A DNA stretch of 32,000 nt from a cyanobacterium endosymbiont of Epithemia turgida isolate EtSB Lake Yunoko (GCF_000829235.1 NZ_AP012549.1:2640001-2672000), one strand, 5' to 3'. Positions 17,606-28,669 are shown, numbered from the stretch's first letter. Notes: generated by a model not told the origin, from the sequence alone. Numbers and translations: made by a program.

Positions 17606-20600
17606 TTACAAAAAATAGTCCTGTAGCGCCCTAACTTCTAGAGGCTGGGTTTGTAAAGCTCGAATAGCTGCAACAGTTGCTTTTGCCCCTGCTATTGTTG
17701 TCATAACCGGTAATTTATAATCCAAGGCAGTGCGACGAATTAAGCGGCCATCCACTTGAGATTCTTCACCACTGGGAGTATTAATAATAAATTGAATCTG
17801 TTTATTTTTGATCCAATCTATTATATTAGGACCGCCTTCATGGACTTTACCCACAACTTCTACATCTTCAATTCCATGATCAGATAAGACTTTTTGAGTT
17901 CCTGAAGTTGCGATTATTTTAAATCCCAAAGAAACTAGGTCTTTAACGACTGAAACTGTCGAAACTTTATCTCGATTACTCGTGGAAACAAAGACCGTTC
18001 CGGTCGTAGCCAATTCAACTCCAGCAGCAATTTCTGCTTTAGCAAAAGCTTTGCCAAAGTCATCATCTATTCCCATTACTTCCCCAGTAGAACGCATTTC
18101 TGGTCCTAATAAAGTATCAGTTTCTGGAAATTTTTGGAAAGGAAAAACTACTTCTTTAACAGCAATATGACGGGGAACAAATTCCTCAGTTATTTTTAAC
18201 TCTTCTAAAGTTTTTCCTGACATAAGTAAAGAAGCAATTTTAGCCAAAGGTCTTCCCGTTGCTTTAGACACATAGGGAACGGTGCGAGAGGCACGAAGAT
18301 TTGCTTCTAAAATGTAAACAGTTTTCCCCTGAATAGCATATTGAATGTTCATTAACCCAATAACTTTTAACCTATTTGCTAAGTTAGTTGTCCAAATTCT
18401 AATAGTATCAATAACTGTTGCAGAAAGGGTGGTAAAAGGAAGAGAACAAGCTGAGTCTCCAGAGTGGACACCTGCTTGTTCAATATGTTCCATAATGCCG
18501 CCAATAACCACATTTCCGGTTATATCACATAAAGCATCAACATCAACTTCGATCGCATTTTCAAGAAACTTATCAATTAGAATAGGATGATTAGGTTCTA
18601 CTTGTACAGCGTATGTCATGTAACGTTCTAATTCTTCGTCGGAATAGACAATTTCCATGGCCCTTCCTCCCAACACATAGGAAGGACGTACAACGACAGG
18701 ATAACCAATACGAGAAGAGATAACTAATGATTCTTCATAACTGCGAGAAATTCCGTTAGGAGGTTGTTTAATGTCAATATCATGTAATATCTTTTCAAAG
18801 CGCTCTCGGTCTTCTGTAGTATCGATTGCATCGGGAGAGGTTCCCCAAACTTTGGTTTGGACAGGGCAATCGGGACTATCGAGGTATGCTTGCAAGGGGA
18901 CTGCCAATTTCAGGGGAGTTTGACCTCCAAACTGAACAATAATCCCCACAGGGTTCTCAGCTTCGATGACGTTCAAAACATCTTCTTTAGTTATGGGTTC
19001 GAAATACAATCTATCGCTTGTATCGTAGTCGGTAGAAACAGTTTCAGGGTTAGAATTCACCATAATGGTTTCAAATCCTGCATTGCTGAGGGAAAAGGAG
19101 GCATGACAGCAACAATAGTCAAATTCAATTCCTTGTCCAATACGGTTAGGACCTCCCCCCAAGATCATGACTTTCTGTTTCTCACTAGGAGTTACTTCTG
19201 TTTCCAAAGGTTCATAAGTGGAATAGAAATAGGGAGTAAAGGCTTCAAATTCTGTCGCGCAAGTATCTACAACTTTGTATACCGGAATGATGCCTAAACT
19301 CTTGCGATAGCTTCTGACCTCATCTTCATTAGTTTTCGTGGCAAAAGCAATTTGGTGATCGCTAAACCCTTGTTGTTTAATCAACCGCATTTTTTTTGTC
19401 GTAATGCTAGTTAAGGGAGTTTGTTTGAGGAATTTTTCGCTTTCACTGAGGTCTTGTAACTTATCCAAAAACCAGATATCAATGGCAGTCAATTCGTGAA
19501 TTTCGTCTACGGTTATCCCCAGTTGCAACGCATGATGTATACTATAAACACGATCAGGGTTGGGGGTTCGTAGATTTGCGCGAACTTGGGATAGAGTGGG
19601 TAAAGTTTCTTTGCGGTCGCAGCCAAAGCCATATCGTCCTGTTTCTAGTGCTCGTAAGGCTTTTTGAAAAGACTCTTGAAAAGTTCGTCCTATAGCCATT
19701 ACTTCTCCTACAGACTTCATTTCGGTAGTTAGAATGGGTTGGGAACCATGGAATTTTTCAAATGTAAAACGGGGTATTTTCGTCACCACATAGTCAATAC
19801 TCGGTTCAAAAGATGCGGGAGTTTGTTTAGTGATGTCGTTGTTTATTTCATTGAGAGTGTATCCCACTGCTAATTTAGCGGCAATTTTAGCAATGGGATA
19901 CCCTGTTGCTTTCGATGCTAATGCAGATGATCGTGATACACGGGGATTCATTTCAATGACAATCACATCTCCATTGACAGGGTTAACAGAAAATTGGATA
20001 TTAGACCCTCCCGTTTCTACGCCAATCTGGCGGATAATTGCTTGAGAATAATCTCTCAACCGTTGATATTCCTTGTCAGTTAACGTCTGTGCAGGCGCTA
20101 CTGTTATAGAGTCCCCTGTATGGATTCCCATAGGGTCAAAGTTTTCGATTGAACAGATAACGACCACATTATCAGCTAAGTCCCTCATCACTTCCAATTC
20201 ATATTCTTTCCATCCCAACAAGGATTTTTCAATTAAGATTTGAGAAACAGGAGACGTATTAATCCCAAATTGCACCATTTCTTCAAATTCTTCTTGATTA
20301 TAAGCAATACCTCCTCCCGTTCCTCCCAGAGTGAATGCAGGGCGTATTATCAAGGGATAAGGTCCAATTTTTTGACTAATTACCTGTGCTTGTTTGAGGG
20401 TACTGGCAATACCCGAAGGACAAACAGGAACCCCAATTTTTACCATCGCTTTTTTAAATAACTCCCGATCTTCTGCCATTTCAATAGCTGGCAGTTTCGC
20501 ACCGATCAATTCCACATTATATCTATCCAAAGCTCCAGTTTTGGCTAGAGACACCGTCACATTAAGAGCAGTTTGACCTCCCATTGTCGGCAATAACGCA

Positions 20601-20851
20601 TCAGGACGTTCTTTGGCAATGACTTTTTCTACCATATAGGGAGTTAGGGGTTCGATATAAGTACGATTAGCCATTTCAGGATCGGTCATAATGGATGCAG
20701 GGTTAGAGTTGACCAATACAATTTCATATCCTTCTTCTCGCAATGCTTTACAAGCTTGAGTCCCAGAATAGTCGAATTCGCAAGCTTGTCCAATAACAAT
20801 GGGTCCTGCACCTAAAATTAGGATTTTTTTTAAGTCGTTGCGGCGTGGCAT
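17606..20851 (-). CDS. carB: Carbamoyl-phosphate synthase large subunit
   Basis: 1081-aa ORF with duplicated ATP-grasp halves ([24 protein letters not shown]... and [21 protein letters not shown]...) and a C-terminal MGS-like domain. Full length and collinear with CarB. Confidence 0.97.
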   Translation of the reverse strand: MPRRNDLKKILILGAGPIVIGQACEFDYSGTQACKALREEGYEIVLVNSNPASIMTDPEMANRTYIEPLTPYMVEKVIAKERPDALLPTMGGQTALNVTVSLAKTGALDRYNVELIGAKLPAIEMAEDRELFKKAMVKIGVPVCPSGIASTLKQAQVISQKIGPYPLIIRPAFTLGGTGGGIAYNQEEFEEMVQFGINTSPVSQILIEKSLLGWKEYELEVMRDLADNVVVICSIENFDPMGIHTGDSITVAPAQTLTDKEYQRLRDYSQAIIRQIGVETGGSNIQFSVNPVNGDVIVIEMNPRVSRSSALASKATGYPIAKIAAKLAVGYTLNEINNDITKQTPASFEPSIDYVVTKIPRFTFEKFHGSQPILTTEMKSVGEVMAIGRTFQESFQKALRALETGRYGFGCDRKETLPTLSQVRANLRTPNPDRVYSIHHALQLGITVDEIHELTAIDIWFLDKLQDLSESEKFLKQTPLTSITTKKMRLIKQQGFSDHQIAFATKTNEDEVRSYRKSLGIIPVYKVVDTCATEFEAFTPYFYSTYEPLETEVTPSEKQKVMILGGGPNRIGQGIEFDYCCCHASFSLSNAGFETIMVNSNPETVSTDYDTSDRLYFEPITKEDVLNVIEAENPVGIIVQFGGQTPLKLAVPLQAYLDSPDCPVQTKVWGTSPDAIDTTEDRERFEKILHDIDIKQPPNGISRSYEESLVISSRIGYPVVVRPSYVLGGRAMEIVYSDEELERYMTYAVQVEPNHPILIDKFLENAIEVDVDALCDITGNVVIGGIMEHIEQAGVHSGDSACSLPFTTLSATVIDTIRIWTTNLANRLKVIGLMNIQYAIQGKTVYILEANLRASRTVPYVSKATGRPLAKIASLLMSGKTLEELKITEEFVPRHIAVKEVVFPFQKFPETDTLLGPEMRSTGEVMGIDDDFGKAFAKAEIAAGVELATTGTVFVSTSNRDKVSTVSVVKDLVSLGFKIIATSGTQKVLSDHGIEDVEVVGKVHEGGPNIIDWIKNKQIQFIINTPSGEESQVDGRLIRRTALDYKLPVMTTIAGAKATVAAIRALQTQPLEVRALQDYFL

Positions 20852-21734
20852 AAGTGTTTTTGTAGAGTAGATAGAATAAACCGAGGTTATTGTATCGACT
20901 GTCTGTATGATTTTATGTTTACCCTAATCCTTTATTCAGATTTAATGGATTTGGAAAAGGCAATAAACAATAGGTAAAAATTGAGTTTTTTTTGATTTTA
21001 TATCTTTATTGCTATTTAATTAACCAAAGCTAGTAACGGATATATTAAGTCTAGTTTTGTTTATGAGTTCTAATTCGTCACAATTTACTACCAATACTTT
21101 AAATTCAGTTTATCATCAGGAACTGTATAACCATTTTTTGTTTTTAGATATCAATCCAAAAATCATGCATAATAATTTTATCCCCTTCGCTGGAGCAGTA
21201 TTGAGGCGAAATCAGAAAGTTGGGGTAGTTCAGAAAAATAAATAAACATCTATTTGCGTCATTATGACATATAGTTCAGAATAATATCATTATTAGTCTG
21301 TTAGTCAATAATAATTATCCTTAGTCTATAAGAACTATATTTCTATTTCAACATCAATAAGCTTTTTCTAAAAAAGTAAAGAGATAACTTAACTAAGACT
21401 TCCATCATACAATTAGCTGTTTCAGAATTAAGAAAATTATTTTTGATATCAGTATAGAGAATATTTATTGCTACTTACAAACAAAGGCAAAAATTATAAA
21501 ATATCATTATCTCTGACTTTGATAATCTTTACGTAAAACTTCTTGACTAGAAGAAAATTCAGGTAGTGTCTATGCTCAATATTTTTGTTTAATTTCATTG
21601 ACTCTATTACTTTTTTACTTGTCCTCGCTCGGATACTTCCGGGAATTATTCAAACAATTCTGAAAACCCGATTCCTAAACTACTCAAAATTTGATAGTCT
21701 AAACTAATACTTATAGGGAACGGGATACAAATTT

Positions 21735-22901
21735 GTGGATACAGTGATAGGTCGAGGCAAAACTGCCCGACGAGCCTACGGGATAGATGAAATCGCTCTT
21801 GTTCCTGGAAACCGGACTCTAGATCCGAGTTTAACACAGACTAAGTGGACTGTTGGTGGCATTGAAAGGAACATACCTATTATCGCCAGTGCAATGGATG
21901 GCGTCGTTGATGTCAAAATGGCGGTATTGCTATCCGAGTTAGGCGCTATGGGAGTTCTAAACTTAGAAGGGATACAAACTCGTTATGAAAATCCTAACCC
22001 TATTCTTGATCGCATTGCATCAGTCGGGAAATCAGAATTTGTGGGGTTAATACAAGAACTATATGCCAAATCTATTGAACCGGAATTGATTCGGAGGCGT
22101 ATCACTGATATTAAAAACCAAGGGGGTATTGCAGCAGTAAGTCTGACTCCAGCCGGAGCTTCTCAATATGGTCAAATTGTGGCCGAAGCAGGAGCAGATT
22201 TATTGTTTGTTCAAGCTACGGTGGTTTCTATCGAACACTTTTCCTCCCCTAAATCAATCAGTTCCCTGAACCTAAGGCAATTTTGCCACGAAATGCCTAT
22301 GCCCGTGGTTTTGGGCAACTGTGTTACCTACGAAGTTGCATTAAGTCTGATGAAAGTCGGGGCAGCGAGTGTTTTAGTAGGCATAGGACCTGGGGCTGCT
22401 TGTACCTCTCGTGGCGTATTAGGGGTAGGAGTTCCTCAAGCAACTGCTGTAGCTAACTGTGCCGCGGCACGCGATGAGTATTACCAAGAAACTGGACACT
22501 ACATTCCTGTAATTGCCGATGGGGGGGTTGTGACAGGGGGAGATATGTGTAAATGTGTCGCCTGTGGGGCCGATGCGGTGATGATTGGCTCCCCAATTGC
22601 TCGATCTATAGAAGCCCCCGGACGTGGATATCATTGGGGTATGGCGACTCCTTCTCCAGTATTACCGAGGGGAACTAGGATTGATGTGGGAACTACTGGA
22701 ACAATCAAGGAAATTCTCACCGGACCTGCTCGGTTAGACGATGGAACCCACAACTTATTAGGTGCACTCAAAACCAGTATGGGAATTTTAGGAGCAAAAA
22801 CTATCAAAGATATGCAACAGGTTGAAGTTGTCATTGCGCCGTCGTTATTAACGGAAGGAAAAATATACCAAAAAGCTCAACAGTTAGGCATGGGTAAGTA
22901 A
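21735..22901 (+). CDS. IMP dehydrogenase family protein (GuaB3-type, lacking the CBS subdomain)
   Basis: 388-aa ORF with a GTG start: GRGKTARRAYGIDEIALVPG, IIASAMDGV, GIGPGAACTSR, IADGG. This matches the short cyanobacterial/actinobacterial IMPDH-related family. Confidence 0.8.
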   Translation: MDTVIGRGKTARRAYGIDEIALVPGNRTLDPSLTQTKWTVGGIERNIPIIASAMDGVVDVKMAVLLSELGAMGVLNLEGIQTRYENPNPILDRIASVGKSEFVGLIQELYAKSIEPELIRRRITDIKNQGGIAAVSLTPAGASQYGQIVAEAGADLLFVQATVVSIEHFSSPKSISSLNLRQFCHEMPMPVVLGNCVTYEVALSLMKVGAASVLVGIGPGAACTSRGVLGVGVPQATAVANCAAARDEYYQETGHYIPVIADGGVVTGGDMCKCVACGADAVMIGSPIARSIEAPGRGYHWGMATPSPVLPRGTRIDVGTTGTIKEILTGPARLDDGTHNLLGALKTSMGILGAKTIKDMQQVEVVIAPSLLTEGKIYQKAQQLGMGK

Positions 22902-23262
22902 TTTATCGCAATTCCCATGCTGGTGGTGAAGCATACAGTTTTGGCTATGAGTAGCTTATGAATTTGAGAAGTTATACTATTGATAGTCAGGAATCACAGC
23001 TCTTCTAGACTAGCTATGACAAAATCTTCATCATAAAAGCTGAAATTCTTGCTCTGCAAGATTTACAGGATTTTAAAACCTTGATTTTGATCAAAGTCAA
23101 GTTTTCGCAGTGATAGAATACATTTGGAGTAACAGTCGTTGAAGTTATTAGCTGCGCATTCATCAGACTTAGTCTAAAAAAACTAAAATTACCAGTCATT
23201 CAAGATAAAAAACAACTGGCGGTATTTCTTGTATTTGTAGCTATTTTATCTTTTTTAGATGA

Positions 23263-23300
23263 ATGGAATATATTAATTTTTATGGAATATATTAATTTTT
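23263..23300. repeat. Perfect tandem duplication of a 19-mer (atggaatatattaattttt x2) plus a degenerate third unit, about 155 nt upstream of the DUF177 gene
   Basis: Unit 1 is 23263-23281 and unit 2 is 23282-23300, identical. They are followed by ttggaaaagtatattaac. Confidence 0.85.
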
Positions 23301-23454
23301 TTGGAAAAGTATATTAACTGATTTTGTTTAAGTCTGTTGAACCTTGAATTAAACTAAACTTTAGGTTACTTGGACTTTTCACTTTTCGCCTTTAGTATGA
23401 AACTTAGTACAATGAGATTAGCCAATGATAGTTACGGATAGGAGGCGTGATACG

Positions 23455-23955
23455 ATGCAATCCCTCTACATTCCTCATTTACTTCAACTTGTCGAGAGAA
23501 CCCAAACTATTCTTATTGATGATTTTATCCCTGGCTTAGATACTTTGATGCCTTTTCGCGGGACCCTGAGCATTCGTCATGGGGGAACATTCCTAGCTAT
23601 GAAAGTAAAGGGGGAAACCATTATTACGTTGATCTGCGATCGTTGCGTGCAACAGTATAATCATCGTATTGTTGTCGACACTTCGGAAATTATCTGGCTA
23701 GATAAAAACCTAAGTTTGCCTGAAATTCCCCAAGAAAGAAAAGTTTCTTCTGAGGATTTATCGGAAACCCTTTCCCCTGATGGACATCTTAATTCTGAAA
23801 CCTGGCTTTATGAACAATTATCATTAGCAATGCCTCTTAGACGGTTATGTGGAAAGAACTGTCAGCAACCTATTTATGATTGTGCTCAAAATCCATCCCC
23901 CATTGATAATCGTTGGGCTTCGTTAGAATGTTTAAAACAAAAGCTTTCACAATGA
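23455..23955 (+). CDS. YceD/DUF177 family protein (ribosome/23S rRNA accumulation-associated)
   Basis: MQSLYIPHLL..., with CDRC...(about 70 aa)...CGKNC cysteine pairs typical of DUF177. I prefer the ATG at 23455, preceded by ggagg at 23441-23445, over the track start at 23425. Confidence 0.75.
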   Translation: MQSLYIPHLLQLVERTQTILIDDFIPGLDTLMPFRGTLSIRHGGTFLAMKVKGETIITLICDRCVQQYNHRIVVDTSEIIWLDKNLSLPEIPQERKVSSEDLSETLSPDGHLNSETWLYEQLSLAMPLRRLCGKNCQQPIYDCAQNPSPIDNRWASLECLKQKLSQ

Positions 23956-23959
23956 TGGT

Positions 23960-24873
23960 GTAGTTTTAGAAGTTTTAATATATTGAAACTATTTATTATA
24001 GTTAGTATTAGGACAATAGATGACAAAACTTATCCAATGCTGTCAATATTTTACATGCTGAAGTATATTTTTAACTCATTTTATAGCACCATATATTTAT
24101 ATTATGACAACCTATAATTTATCAAACTTTCTTTTAACAAGATTGTCAATTCTACAATTTACTATAAAACTATGGAAAGTATCCTATAACTATATAGAAA
24201 GTCTGTTGACTATAACTTTATTAACTAATCCTATATTAATATAAATCAGGAGAAGATATCTGCAAACTAAATTAAATTGCTGTTCTTCTCTAAACTCTTT
24301 AGATTAGTTATATAGTCTCTATTTATGAACAGGTATTGGCAAAATAACAGGAACCATTTTCAAATGAGACTGACAATTATTATTGGGGATATATCTCCTA
24401 TTTAAACTCTATTAATCCTAATATTTAAATTCTAAAGTGTTGCCAGTCTAAAGAGACTTTTAAATTAAAAACTTGACTAAATTTAAATTTTTTATTAAAG
24501 TAAGAGCTGTGCTTTAGAGTCTTTCATATAAGGCATTAGCTTAAGAAACAGAACTTCTAGTTCATACTTGACTCGATACCTTGAAAAAATACGATCAAGA
24601 TTATCATTTATTGTCAAAAACTACTTAACTCTTTATCAATTATTCGATAAAGAGTTAAGTAGTTTCTCCTTTTGAAGGAGAAACTATTACTTATAAAATA
24701 TATTATGTGGATTATATTTTTTAAATAAAAAATATAATTTTTTATAAGAATTACTATGTCTTTTCCCTAAAAAATAAAAAATATCATCAATTGAATTTAG
24801 AGAATAGTTATATTGTTATGTAAAAATAACAGACAAAAAATAAACAACAAATACCTCGAAATAGATATCTTCT
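23960..24873. other. About 0.9 kb ORF-free AT-rich block (desert 3)
   Basis: No ORF of 60 aa or more. A hand count of line 24721-24780 gives 7 G/C in 60 nt. Confidence 0.75.
24618..24685. repeat. Two adjacent perfect hairpins sharing 5 nt: a 20-bp stem (24618-24637 / 24646-24665) and an 11-bp stem (24661-24671 / 24675-24685)
   Basis: aaactacttaactctttatc-aattattc-gataaagagttaagtagttt, then agtttctcctt-ttg-aaggagaaact. All pairs verified. The overlap is agttt (24661-24665). Confidence 0.9.
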
Positions 24874-25968
24874 ATGGCTAATCGATGTTCCTTCTCTAGG
24901 ATGACGATACAGTCTCCCATTATACTCACTATTAGAAAATTAATTCAATATAATTCTGGAACAACTTCTTTAGTGCAATAAGTTGTTGATTATTGCACTC
25001 CTCTAGAGGCAAAAATTAAAATTAGTGAGTTTATTAAAAATCATGATAACCATAAGTATAAGAATGTTAAATGCATAAAATCATTGTTTTATTTCTCACA
25101 AGTTACAATCTATAATTTTAACGCCTGGGGAAAACATGGCATTTATTAATGCTATTTTTGCATCCACTCAAGGCGGAGATAAAATTATTCTCAATATGCC
25201 TTATTGTTTTAAACATGAAACTGCAATCATGATGGCTAGCTGTCATTCTGTGTTAGTAGCCAATTATAACTCTTGTCAGTTTTGTCTTGATACTATCAAA
25301 AAAGCAATTTTTAATAAAACTGCTCAACTTTTATTACTATTTTTCCTAACAATTCTAGCTGGAGCCGTTTGTCATAAGTCAGTCTTAAGGAAATATAATA
25401 AAGTCTTTTCTTTTGACTTTATTATATTTTTGATGAAGCCTATGAATATTGTACCTACAATAAGGTTAAATATTTTTCCCTGGGTCAATTATTTAGTGGT
25501 AAACCTAATACGATTTTCCTATATAGTCTTTCTAAGATATATGGGTTTTCTGGTTTATGTATTGGTTATATATTGATTTTTAAACGTCTTTTAGCAGGAG
25601 TAAAAAAATTAAGTACACAATTTTAATTTGTCCGCCTGTTATTCTTAAATATGCAACACTAGATGCTTTAAATGTAGATAAGATATATCGTTAGCGACAT
25701 TTACTGTAATTGCTCATATTATAAAGTTTTGCTAGACTTATCTTAATAAGATTGGGGGTATATATATCGTTATTACCTCCGAAGGGTGGCTTATATTTTT
25801 CTGAAAATTCATACCGATATAAAAGATTTTGATTTAGTTAAAAAGTTAATTGAAACATATCAAGCTACTGTCTTTTCTTGCAAGACTTTTGGAATCACTA
25901 ATGGATTTTATTTGCGATCAAGTTGCTTACGGTTATTTGCCCGTAGCAATGGTAAAAAAGAAAATTGA
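24874..25968 (+). pseudogene. Class I/II PLP-dependent aminotransferase (AspC-like) pseudogene; at least 3 frameshifts plus several in-frame stops
   Basis: Frame 1 from 24874: ...SPIILTIRKLIQYNSGTTSLVQ*VVDYCTPLEAKIKISEFIKNHDNHKYKNVKCI (TAA at 24979). Track ORF 25136..25576: TPGENMAFINAIFASTQGGDKIILNMPYCFKHETAIMMASCHSVLVA...NKTAQ..., with the SLSKAYGF region eroded to VFLRYMGF. 25610-25785: YTILICPPVILKYATLDALNV..*. Track ORF 25786..25968: YIFLKIHTDIKDFDLVKKLIETYQATVFSCKTFGITNGFYLR. The order is collinear with remembered cyanobacterial aminotransferases. Confidence 0.8.
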
Positions 25969-26016
25969 AAGATTAAAATATAGGCTCAAGACAGATTTAC
26001 TAATTTGGAAGTGGTT

Positions 26017-26622
26017 TTAACTGATCGGCCCCAAATACTTGCGTAAATAGGGAGAAAACACCTCATAAATCAGAGTTAAAGGTTTACGATTATGCCAAAA
26101 CAAATAATGTCTACCCCAAAAAGGTCCTTTTTCTCCAAACGCCTCTTCTAAAGCAGAGGAATTCCCATGATAAATCTCTTGAATATCACGGTACAATTCT
26201 GTATTTAATTGTGAAAGACTCTCCCAAATGGGTAGGGAGCGATTCTGTAAATATTTATCTATATGATTTGCATTCCACCAAGAAGTAGCATAGGCTAATC
26301 TTTGTCCTGATGCTGTTCGTAGCCAAACCTGTCGTCGAAAACGAGGTTCAAGGACATTTTCAATCTGTGCCGGAGCGCCATCTCCATTCCTATCAATCAA
26401 GGACATGTCGATGAGATCAATCTCTGTGTTTTCTGTCGTAAGTAATTGAAAATGACGAGTTAGAGAACCATCCCCTAACAACAGAATCTGCCAGACAGGA
26501 GACAATTGATGATGGGGAAGTCCCTGTTTAACTTGTTCTTGACCACCTTTCCAAATAATGTCGAGAGCGTGCCATTGTTGAGTTAATGTTGTGTTATTAT
26601 TGGAATTTAAAATCGCTGTCAC
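26017..26622 (-). CDS. Chorismate lyase family protein (DUF98/UbiC-like; 4-hydroxybenzoate for plastoquinone synthesis in cyanobacteria)
   Basis: 201-aa ORF with a GTG start: LLLGDGSLTRHFQLL, RRQVWLRT, AYATSWW, LYRDI. This matches the cyanobacterial chorismate pyruvate-lyase family. Confidence 0.7.
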   Translation of the reverse strand: MTAILNSNNNTTLTQQWHALDIIWKGGQEQVKQGLPHHQLSPVWQILLLGDGSLTRHFQLLTTENTEIDLIDMSLIDRNGDGAPAQIENVLEPRFRRQVWLRTASGQRLAYATSWWNANHIDKYLQNRSLPIWESLSQLNTELYRDIQEIYHGNSSALEEAFGEKGPFWGRHYLFWHNRKPLTLIYEVFSPYLRKYLGPIS

Positions 26623-26688
26623 TGGTTTTCAAAAAGACTCTGTAACTTCTAAGATTATAATAACAAAACTAAACTTTTGTAGGAGCAA

Positions 26689-27585
26689 ATGTTTGGATTT
26701 ATCGCCTTAAATAAACCCTCAAAAATTACGTCTCATGATTGTGTAGACAGGGTTAGAAAAATTCTTAACCTCAGGAAGGTTGGTCACGGTGGAACCCTGG
26801 ATCCTTTAGCAATGGGAGTTCTACCTATTGCTGTGGGGAAAGCCACTCGTTTGTTACAATTTCTCCCAAAAAATAAAACTTACCGTGCCCTGATTCGCCT
26901 GGGAGTGCAGACAATCACTGATGACCTCCAAGGAGAGATAGTTAAGTCTCAATCTGCTTCTATGTTAACCTTAGAACAAGTTGAGCCCCTACTCCATCAG
27001 TTTATTGGAACTATTCAACAGACTCCTCCTATTTATAGTGCCATTCAACGTGATGGTAAACGGTTATATAATCTAGCAAGACAAGGAAAAACAGTAGATA
27101 TTCCGGTAAGAAAAGTTTATATTGAGCAAATCAACTTAGTTGGTTGGTACATTGGGGAATTTACCGAATTAGAAGTTGATATTGTTTGTGGTCCAGGGAC
27201 TTATATTCGAGCGATCGCTCGCGATTTGGGAACTATGCTTAATTTAGGGGGAACTTTAGCTAGGTTAACTCGTACTGAAAGTTGTGGTATGAAGTTATCT
27301 GAAAGTATTACCTTAGGACAATTAAAAACAGAAATTGAACAGGGAAATTTTAGCTTAATTTCGGCAAATATTGCCTTGCAACATTTAAATCAAATCCTTT
27401 TGTCAGAAACGGACGGAAAACGTTGGCTTCAAGGACAAAAAATTGTTCAAGATTTACGGACATTATCTGTTTCCGGAGTTGTTAGAGTGTATCAACCAAA
27501 AGAAAGATTATTGGGCATAGGAAATATAGTAAAATTTGATGATTATCAGGTTTTGATGCCTAAAGTTGTTATTTCAAATGAGTAA
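26689..27585 (+). CDS. truB: tRNA pseudouridine(55) synthase
   Basis: GFIALNKPSKITSHDCV, KVGHGGTLDPLAMGVLPIAVGKATRL, QTPPIYSAIQRDGKRLY, GPGTYIRAIARDLG. Confidence 0.95.
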   Translation: MFGFIALNKPSKITSHDCVDRVRKILNLRKVGHGGTLDPLAMGVLPIAVGKATRLLQFLPKNKTYRALIRLGVQTITDDLQGEIVKSQSASMLTLEQVEPLLHQFIGTIQQTPPIYSAIQRDGKRLYNLARQGKTVDIPVRKVYIEQINLVGWYIGEFTELEVDIVCGPGTYIRAIARDLGTMLNLGGTLARLTRTESCGMKLSESITLGQLKTEIEQGNFSLISANIALQHLNQILLSETDGKRWLQGQKIVQDLRTLSVSGVVRVYQPKERLLGIGNIVKFDDYQVLMPKVVISNE

Positions 27586-27782
27586 AAAATTTGTAATTTA
27601 TAAAATCATTTCTATTTGAATTGGTCTATCAGTTTGATTTACTAAATCAATAGTAAATATTTAACTCTTAATAAAAATTATAATAAATTACTTGAGGGGA
27701 AAACATATTGGCTTTAATACAAAAAAATTCCACTTTTTTCTACTTAGGCAAAAAAAGAATTGTTCATTATTTGGGACTGACA

Positions 27783-27798
27783 TTCCCTAGTTAGGGAA
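27783..27798. promoter_or_regulatory. Perfect dyad TTCCCTA-GT-TAGGGAA upstream of the hypothetical gene (candidate operator)
   Basis: 7-bp perfect half-sites with a 2-bp spacer, 70 nt upstream of the ATG at 27868. This is the only GC-containing dyad in this AT-rich leader. Confidence 0.3.
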
Positions 27799-27867
27799 GA
27801 TAAAATCGAAGTATAGATAAGAAATTACTCTATGTATTACACGGGAGTCGTAAGGAGATTTAAGATC

Positions 27868-28584
27868 ATGTCTGACTTAGGTTATGGTAAATCTGGGATA
27901 GCTACAGCAATCTCGTTATTAATTGTAATAACGGCAGTAACTCCCATCTATTTCTTAAAACCGGCAGCAGCTCAACTATTTTCTCCAGAAAATAACAATA
28001 ACCCTGGTACCATTTCTGATGATGTAATAATTCCTCTTGGGACTCGAATTCCCCTCCGACACCAAGATGTTAAAAAAATTCTTGTCACTAACGAAGAAAG
28101 TCTTGAGATAACCCTAGAAACTGCGGCTAATGTTAAGGATCGCTACGGTAATTTTTTAGTTCCGATAGGTAGTAAAGTTATGGGCTTCATACAACCAGCT
28201 AATGGAGGAGCGCAGTTTGTTACACGAGAAATTATCATTGACAATCAACGGTATCCTCTTTATGCAAGTTCTAGGGTCGTGACTCGGACAGAAACTATTA
28301 ATGAAGGTGCAAGTGTGGAGGAAATTTTAGGGGGAACTTTGGCAGGTTCTGCTGCTGCTGCTATTATTGCTGGAACTACTGGTGATCGTCGCATTGATGC
28401 CTTAGAAGTCTTAGCAGGTGCTGCGGTAGGAACCCTAGCTGGGTGGGGCTTACCAGAGACCGGACTTATTGGAGGGGGTGAAACTCAAGTTATCTCTATT
28501 GATACTAACCAAGACTTGGCTATTATTCTAGAGTCAAATTTAACTCTAACAGGGAACAATAGGAGCAGTTATAGACGTTTTTAA
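27868..28584 (+). CDS. Hypothetical membrane-anchored/secreted protein with a C-terminal glycine-zipper segment
   Basis: ATG at 27868, preceded by aaggag (27852-27857). N-terminal TM/signal anchor IATAISLLIVITAVTPIYF..AAAQ. A beta-rich middle (IIPLGTRIPL...VPIGSKVMGFI) weakly recalls VirB10/TrbI C-terminal domains. Then GGTLAGSAAAAIIAGTTG...LAGAAVGTLAGWG. Confidence 0.6.
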   Translation: MSDLGYGKSGIATAISLLIVITAVTPIYFLKPAAAQLFSPENNNNPGTISDDVIIPLGTRIPLRHQDVKKILVTNEESLEITLETAANVKDRYGNFLVPIGSKVMGFIQPANGGAQFVTREIIIDNQRYPLYASSRVVTRTETINEGASVEEILGGTLAGSAAAAIIAGTTGDRRIDALEVLAGAAVGTLAGWGLPETGLIGGGETQVISIDTNQDLAIILESNLTLTGNNRSSYRRF

Positions 28585-28669
28585 CAAAAATTATTGTGAA
28601 GACTGAGATAAAATTATTTGTGTATTTTATATCTATTTTTAAAAGTGAGGTAAGTTCGACAGAAAATTC

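Noticed and set aside
17982-20576. Six + strand ORFs (17982..18170, 18345..18590, 18857..19297, 19830..20045, 20240..20461, 20394..20576)
   Set aside because: All lie antisense inside the full-length carB gene and have low-complexity, unconserved-looking sequences. They are shadow ORFs.
21057-21245. 62-aa + strand ORF in the carB/IMPDH-family intergenic region; also 21646..21837, 23014..23199 and 28523..28723
   Set aside because: They have AT-rich low-complexity composition, no SD sequence or recognisable family, and some overlap better-supported features. They are not reported as genes.
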